The notes below the pieces were generated by a model. The model had not been told where the DNA came from, did no database searches, and saw only the letters and a list, made by a program, of their open reading frames with translations. From a virus (Duplodnaviria > Caudoviricetes), in IMG/VR virus record IMGVR_UViG_3300038317_000129, positions 1 through 54,289 of that record: 54,289 nt of DNA. One strand, 5' to 3'. The translations under genes were made by a program, and so were the position numbers. This document shows positions 52,257 to 54,289 of this stretch, in pieces; the first letter of the stretch is position 1, and each line of letters opens with the position of its first letter.

Positions 52257-53450
52257 ATGACGATTACCGAAATGAGAAACAAAAGGACCAAGCTGTGGAA
52301 TACGATGGAGGGCTTCCTCGATACCCACAGGAACGACATGGGCGTGCTTTCCGCAGAGGATGACGCCGCCTATGCCAAGATGGAGCATGACCTGGACAGC
52401 CTCACCAATGAAATCAAGCGCATGGAGCGCCGGGACGCCATCGAAGCGGAACTGAACAAGCCTGTGAACAGCCCTATTACCGAAGCGCCAGAACGTGCCG
52501 CGTCCCTCAAGCCGGAGAAAGCCGGCAGAGCCTCCGATGCCTACAAAGAGGACTTTGACCGCCACCTGCGCGGCAAAATCCAGCTGCACAACGTCCTGTC
52601 CGAGGGTGTGGACGCGGACGGCGGCTATCTGGTGCCGACGGAATTTGAAACCCAGATTGTCACCGCCCTTACAGCAGAGAACGTAATCCGCTCCCTCGCC
52701 AAGGTTATCACCACACAGCACGAACGCAAGATTCCCATTGCCACGGGGCACTCCACGGCACAGTGGACTGCGGAGAACGCCGCCTACACCGAGAGCAATC
52801 CGACCTTCGGGCAAAAGCAGATTGATGCCTTCAAGCTGACCGACCTCTGCCGCGTCAGCGTGGAGCTTCTGCAGGATTCCGCATTCGATATTGAAGAATA
52901 CCTCATGAATGAATTTGCCAGAGCCTTCGGCATCGCCGAGGAGGAAGCCTTCTGCGTGGGCACCGGAACGAACCAGCCCACGGGGATCTTTACCGAAAAC
53001 GGCGGCGCGGTCGGTGTGACCGCGGCGGCGCAGAACGCCATCACGGCGGATGAACTGATCAGCCTTGTGTATGCGCTGAAATCTCCGTACCGCAGAAACG
53101 CCAAGTTCCTCATGAACGACGCGACCATTTCCGCTATCCGCAAGTTGAAGGATTCCAACGGCGTGTATCTGTGGCAGCCCTCCCTGCAGGCGGATGAACC
53201 TGACAAGCTGCTCGGCTACGATTTGTACACCTCTCCTTACGCGCCGGCAATTGCGGCAGGCGCCTATACCGTGGCGTTCGGCGATTTCAAGAACTACTGG
53301 ATCGGCGACCGCGCAGGCCGTACCGTTCAGCGTCTGAACGAACTGTATGCCACCAACGGGCAGATCGGCTATGTGGCTACGGAGCGTGTGGACGGCAAGG
53401 TGATTCTGACAGAGGGCATCCAGCTTCTGCAGATGAAGGCAGGCTCTTAA
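52257..53450 (+). CDS. Major capsid protein (HK97 fold)
   Basis: DGGYLVP, VSVELLQDS, G.G..QPTG, LKD.NG.YLW, FGDF. Confidence 0.93.
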   Translation: MTITEMRNKRTKLWNTMEGFLDTHRNDMGVLSAEDDAAYAKMEHDLDSLTNEIKRMERRDAIEAELNKPVNSPITEAPERAASLKPEKAGRASDAYKEDFDRHLRGKIQLHNVLSEGVDADGGYLVPTEFETQIVTALTAENVIRSLAKVITTQHERKIPIATGHSTAQWTAENAAYTESNPTFGQKQIDAFKLTDLCRVSVELLQDSAFDIEEYLMNEFARAFGIAEEEAFCVGTGTNQPTGIFTENGGAVGVTAAAQNAITADELISLVYALKSPYRRNAKFLMNDATISAIRKLKDSNGVYLWQPSLQADEPDKLLGYDLYTSPYAPAIAAGAYTVAFGDFKNYWIGDRAGRTVQRLNELYATNGQIGYVATERVDGKVILTEGIQLLQMKAGS

Positions 53451-53471
53451 TCAAGGAAGGAGGCGGCGGGA

Positions 53472-53789
53472 ATGGCACTGGAAACCTTGCTTGAGAAAGT
53501 CAAAGCGAATCTGATTCTCTCGCATACACAAGACGACGAGCTTCTGCAGATGTACATCACCGCCGCCGTCCGTTATGCCGAAAGCTATCAGCACGTTTCG
53601 GCGGGCTATTATGAGGAAAACGAGATGACACCAACTACCGAACAGGCAGTCATCATGCTGGCAAGCCATTTTTATGAAAGCCGCGACGGTTCCACCGGCG
53701 GCTTTTTTGCCGATTCCGTGCAGGCGGGCCGGCAGGTCTGGGATACGGTCAATCTGCTGCTGCGGCTTGACCGGGATTGGAAGGTATGA
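53472..53789 (+). CDS. Head-tail connector protein
   Basis: KVKANL...DD.LL..YI.AA..YAE, QAVIML..HFYE.R. Confidence 0.85.
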   Translation: MALETLLEKVKANLILSHTQDDELLQMYITAAVRYAESYQHVSAGYYEENEMTPTTEQAVIMLASHFYESRDGSTGGFFADSVQAGRQVWDTVNLLLRLDRDWKV

Positions 53790-53878
53790 GAGTCTTGCAA
53801 GCAAGACTCGCGAGTTTTATGCTTTTCGGCGTAAACGCTTGCCGAAATTTTGCTTCGCAAAACCGCATAAAACATCGC
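53790..53878. other. Highly structured intergenic insertion (hairpin plus three-way junction)
   Basis: GAGTCTTGC/GCAAGACTC; GTTTTATGC/GCATAAAAC enclosing TTTCGGC/GCCGAAA and TTTTGC/GCAAAA. Confidence 0.55.
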
Positions 53879-53896
53879 AGATAAGGAGTGTTTGAA

Positions 53897-54232
53897 TTGT
53901 CTTTTGGAAAAATGAACAGCTTCATTGACCTCATCTCCAACGCGCCGGTCAAGGACGAGGATGGCTTTGTTACGCAGGGCGACACGGTTCTCGCCTCGGT
54001 TCGCGCCTACAAAGAGGACCGCAACGGCTCGGAGCGCTGGGCGAACAGGGCGGTGTTTTCCGAAGCGTCCGTGCTGTTCCGTTTCCGCAAAATCCCCGGC
54101 GTCGAGGTCAGCCCGGCGCACTTCATAGTCTGTGAAGAAAAGCGCTATCGGATTACCAGCGCGGAGGACGTGCGCGGGCGCGGGATGTATGTGGAGTGCC
54201 TGTGCGAGCTGGTGGAAGGGAGTGTGAATTGA
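53897..54232 (+). CDS. Head-tail adaptor (head closure) protein
   Basis: TTG start after AAGGAG; SFGKMN..I, LFRFR.IPG, Y.I.S.EDV.GRGMY.E. Confidence 0.8.
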   Translation: MSFGKMNSFIDLISNAPVKDEDGFVTQGDTVLASVRAYKEDRNGSERWANRAVFSEASVLFRFRKIPGVEVSPAHFIVCEEKRYRITSAEDVRGRGMYVECLCELVEGSVN

Positions 54233-54233
54233 T

Positions 54234-54289
54234 ATGGCACGAATGGAAATGAAGATGCCGGAGGACTTTCTTTTGAAAGTTTCCCGGCT
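54234..54289 (+). CDS. HK97 gp10-like protein, 5' end
   Basis: MARMEMKMPEDFLLKVSR; position after the adaptor. Confidence 0.55.
   Translation, partial: MARMEMKMPEDFLLKVSR

Larger units (their letters stand above)
22456..54289 (+). mobile_element. Prophage B (HK97-like head, cos-type), continuing past the window
   Basis: Defence cargo, sigma-like regulator, replication, packaging and head genes in canonical order; assigning the minus-strand cargo to B is inference. Confidence 0.8.

Noticed and set aside
1-54289. Retron, DGR, tRNA, rRNA or IS elements
   Set aside because: I recognised no reverse transcriptase, transposase, terminal inverted repeats or RNA gene signatures by eye.

Overview
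The window holds two divergently oriented Clostridia-type temperate phage or phage-like elements, with defence cargo between them. Element A (about 1-22455, mostly minus strand) runs leftward from a large serine recombinase. It continues through a 5mC methyltransferase/Vsr-linked four-gene operon, an XRE/ImmA switch, a sigma-like regulator and a PolA/P4-primase/SNF2 replication module to a late activator and an HNH gene at the window edge. Its right end falls exactly in the catalytic DPPY codons of a Type III mod gene (IYID|EAVT... instead of IYIDPPY), so A appears to be integrated into the defence cargo of element B. Element B (about 22456-54289+) carries that Type III R-M-associated helicase/DUF4391/mod operon and an ABC-three-component (Lamassu-family) system on the minus strand. 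On the plus strand it has a sigma-like regulator, a PolA/VapE/SNF2 replication module, two DNA methyltransferases, terminase, portal, Clp protease, capsid and head-tail genes. The best candidate for an undescribed system is 12320-19620: an M.NlaIV-like C5 methyltransferase and Vsr, plus an operon of a catalytically degenerate DpnII/BanI-fold protein, a ParB-like protein, an SNF2 ATPase and a DUF3883 nuclease. That operon shares a TACGC-N6-GCGTA operator with the XRE/ImmA prophage switch. Other notable signals are RBS-gating alternative RNA structures before both sigma-like genes, an overprinted EcoHK31I-beta-like ORF inside the phage Dcm gene, element-specific promoter repeats and a structured insertion in the head module. 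All family calls are by motif recognition from memory; no searches were run.
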